Shown here one piece after another: positions 24,495 through 24,545 of a stretch of 24,545 nucleotides of DNA (position 1 is the first letter of the stretch; each line of letters starts with the position of its first letter). The DNA comes from a virus (lineage: Duplodnaviria; Caudoviricetes), in IMG/VR virus record IMGVR_UViG_3300031519_004833, positions 1 through 24,545 of that record; one strand, 5' to 3'. A program made the translations under genes and the position numbers. The notes under the pieces were generated by a model that saw only the letters and a program-made list of their open reading frames with translations, made no database searches and was not told the DNA's origin.

Positions 24495-24545
24495 ATGAAT
24501 TTCGATAATTGCAAAGATTGTGGCAAAAAATTAAAAGCAGTACAT
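24495..24545 (+). CDS. Partial CDS with CxxC (runs off the window)
   Basis: AGGAG RBS; MNFDNCKDCGKKLKAVH. Confidence 0.6.
   Translation, partial: MNFDNCKDCGKKLKAVH

Larger units (their letters stand above)
1..24545. mobile_element. Tailed dsDNA phage genome segment (head, packaging, DNA modification, replication, recombination and accessory modules)
   Basis: Capsid, protease, portal and terminase genes in canonical order; dense small ORFs; no host housekeeping genes. Confidence 0.97.

Overview
AT-rich segment of a tailed dsDNA phage genome. The head module is HK97-type and resembles that of RcGTA; a low-GC marine alphaproteobacterial host is plausible but only inferred. The minus strand carries major capsid (partial), prohead protease, a MuF/gp7-like head protein with a long HExxH-containing extension, portal, terminase large and small subunits, a six-gene putative DNA-modification block (ParB, conserved hypothetical, GNAT, methyltransferase, IbrA/IbrB-like pair), a Twinkle/T7 gp4-like primase-helicase, an HTH protein, a DUF1064 nuclease and a Cro-like regulator. 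The plus strand carries a recombination operon (exonuclease, ERF, SSB-like, DUF968), many small genes, DUF932, a Mom-like gene and a SleB-like hydrolase. The most striking unannotated structure is a dispersed 19-bp element, ACCACATTTAGGGGTTGAC, with 5 exact copies plus degenerate ones. It is fused to a sigma70 -35 box and followed by a conserved GCACAGGAG ribosome-binding motif. It heads islands of small unknown genes, two of them inserted antisense within core operons, and degenerate copies lie upstream of the Cro-like and replication genes. A roughly 90-nt long hairpin precedes the recombination operon. No tRNA, CRISPR array, integrase or cI-like repressor was seen. All family calls come from motif recognition by eye, not database searches.
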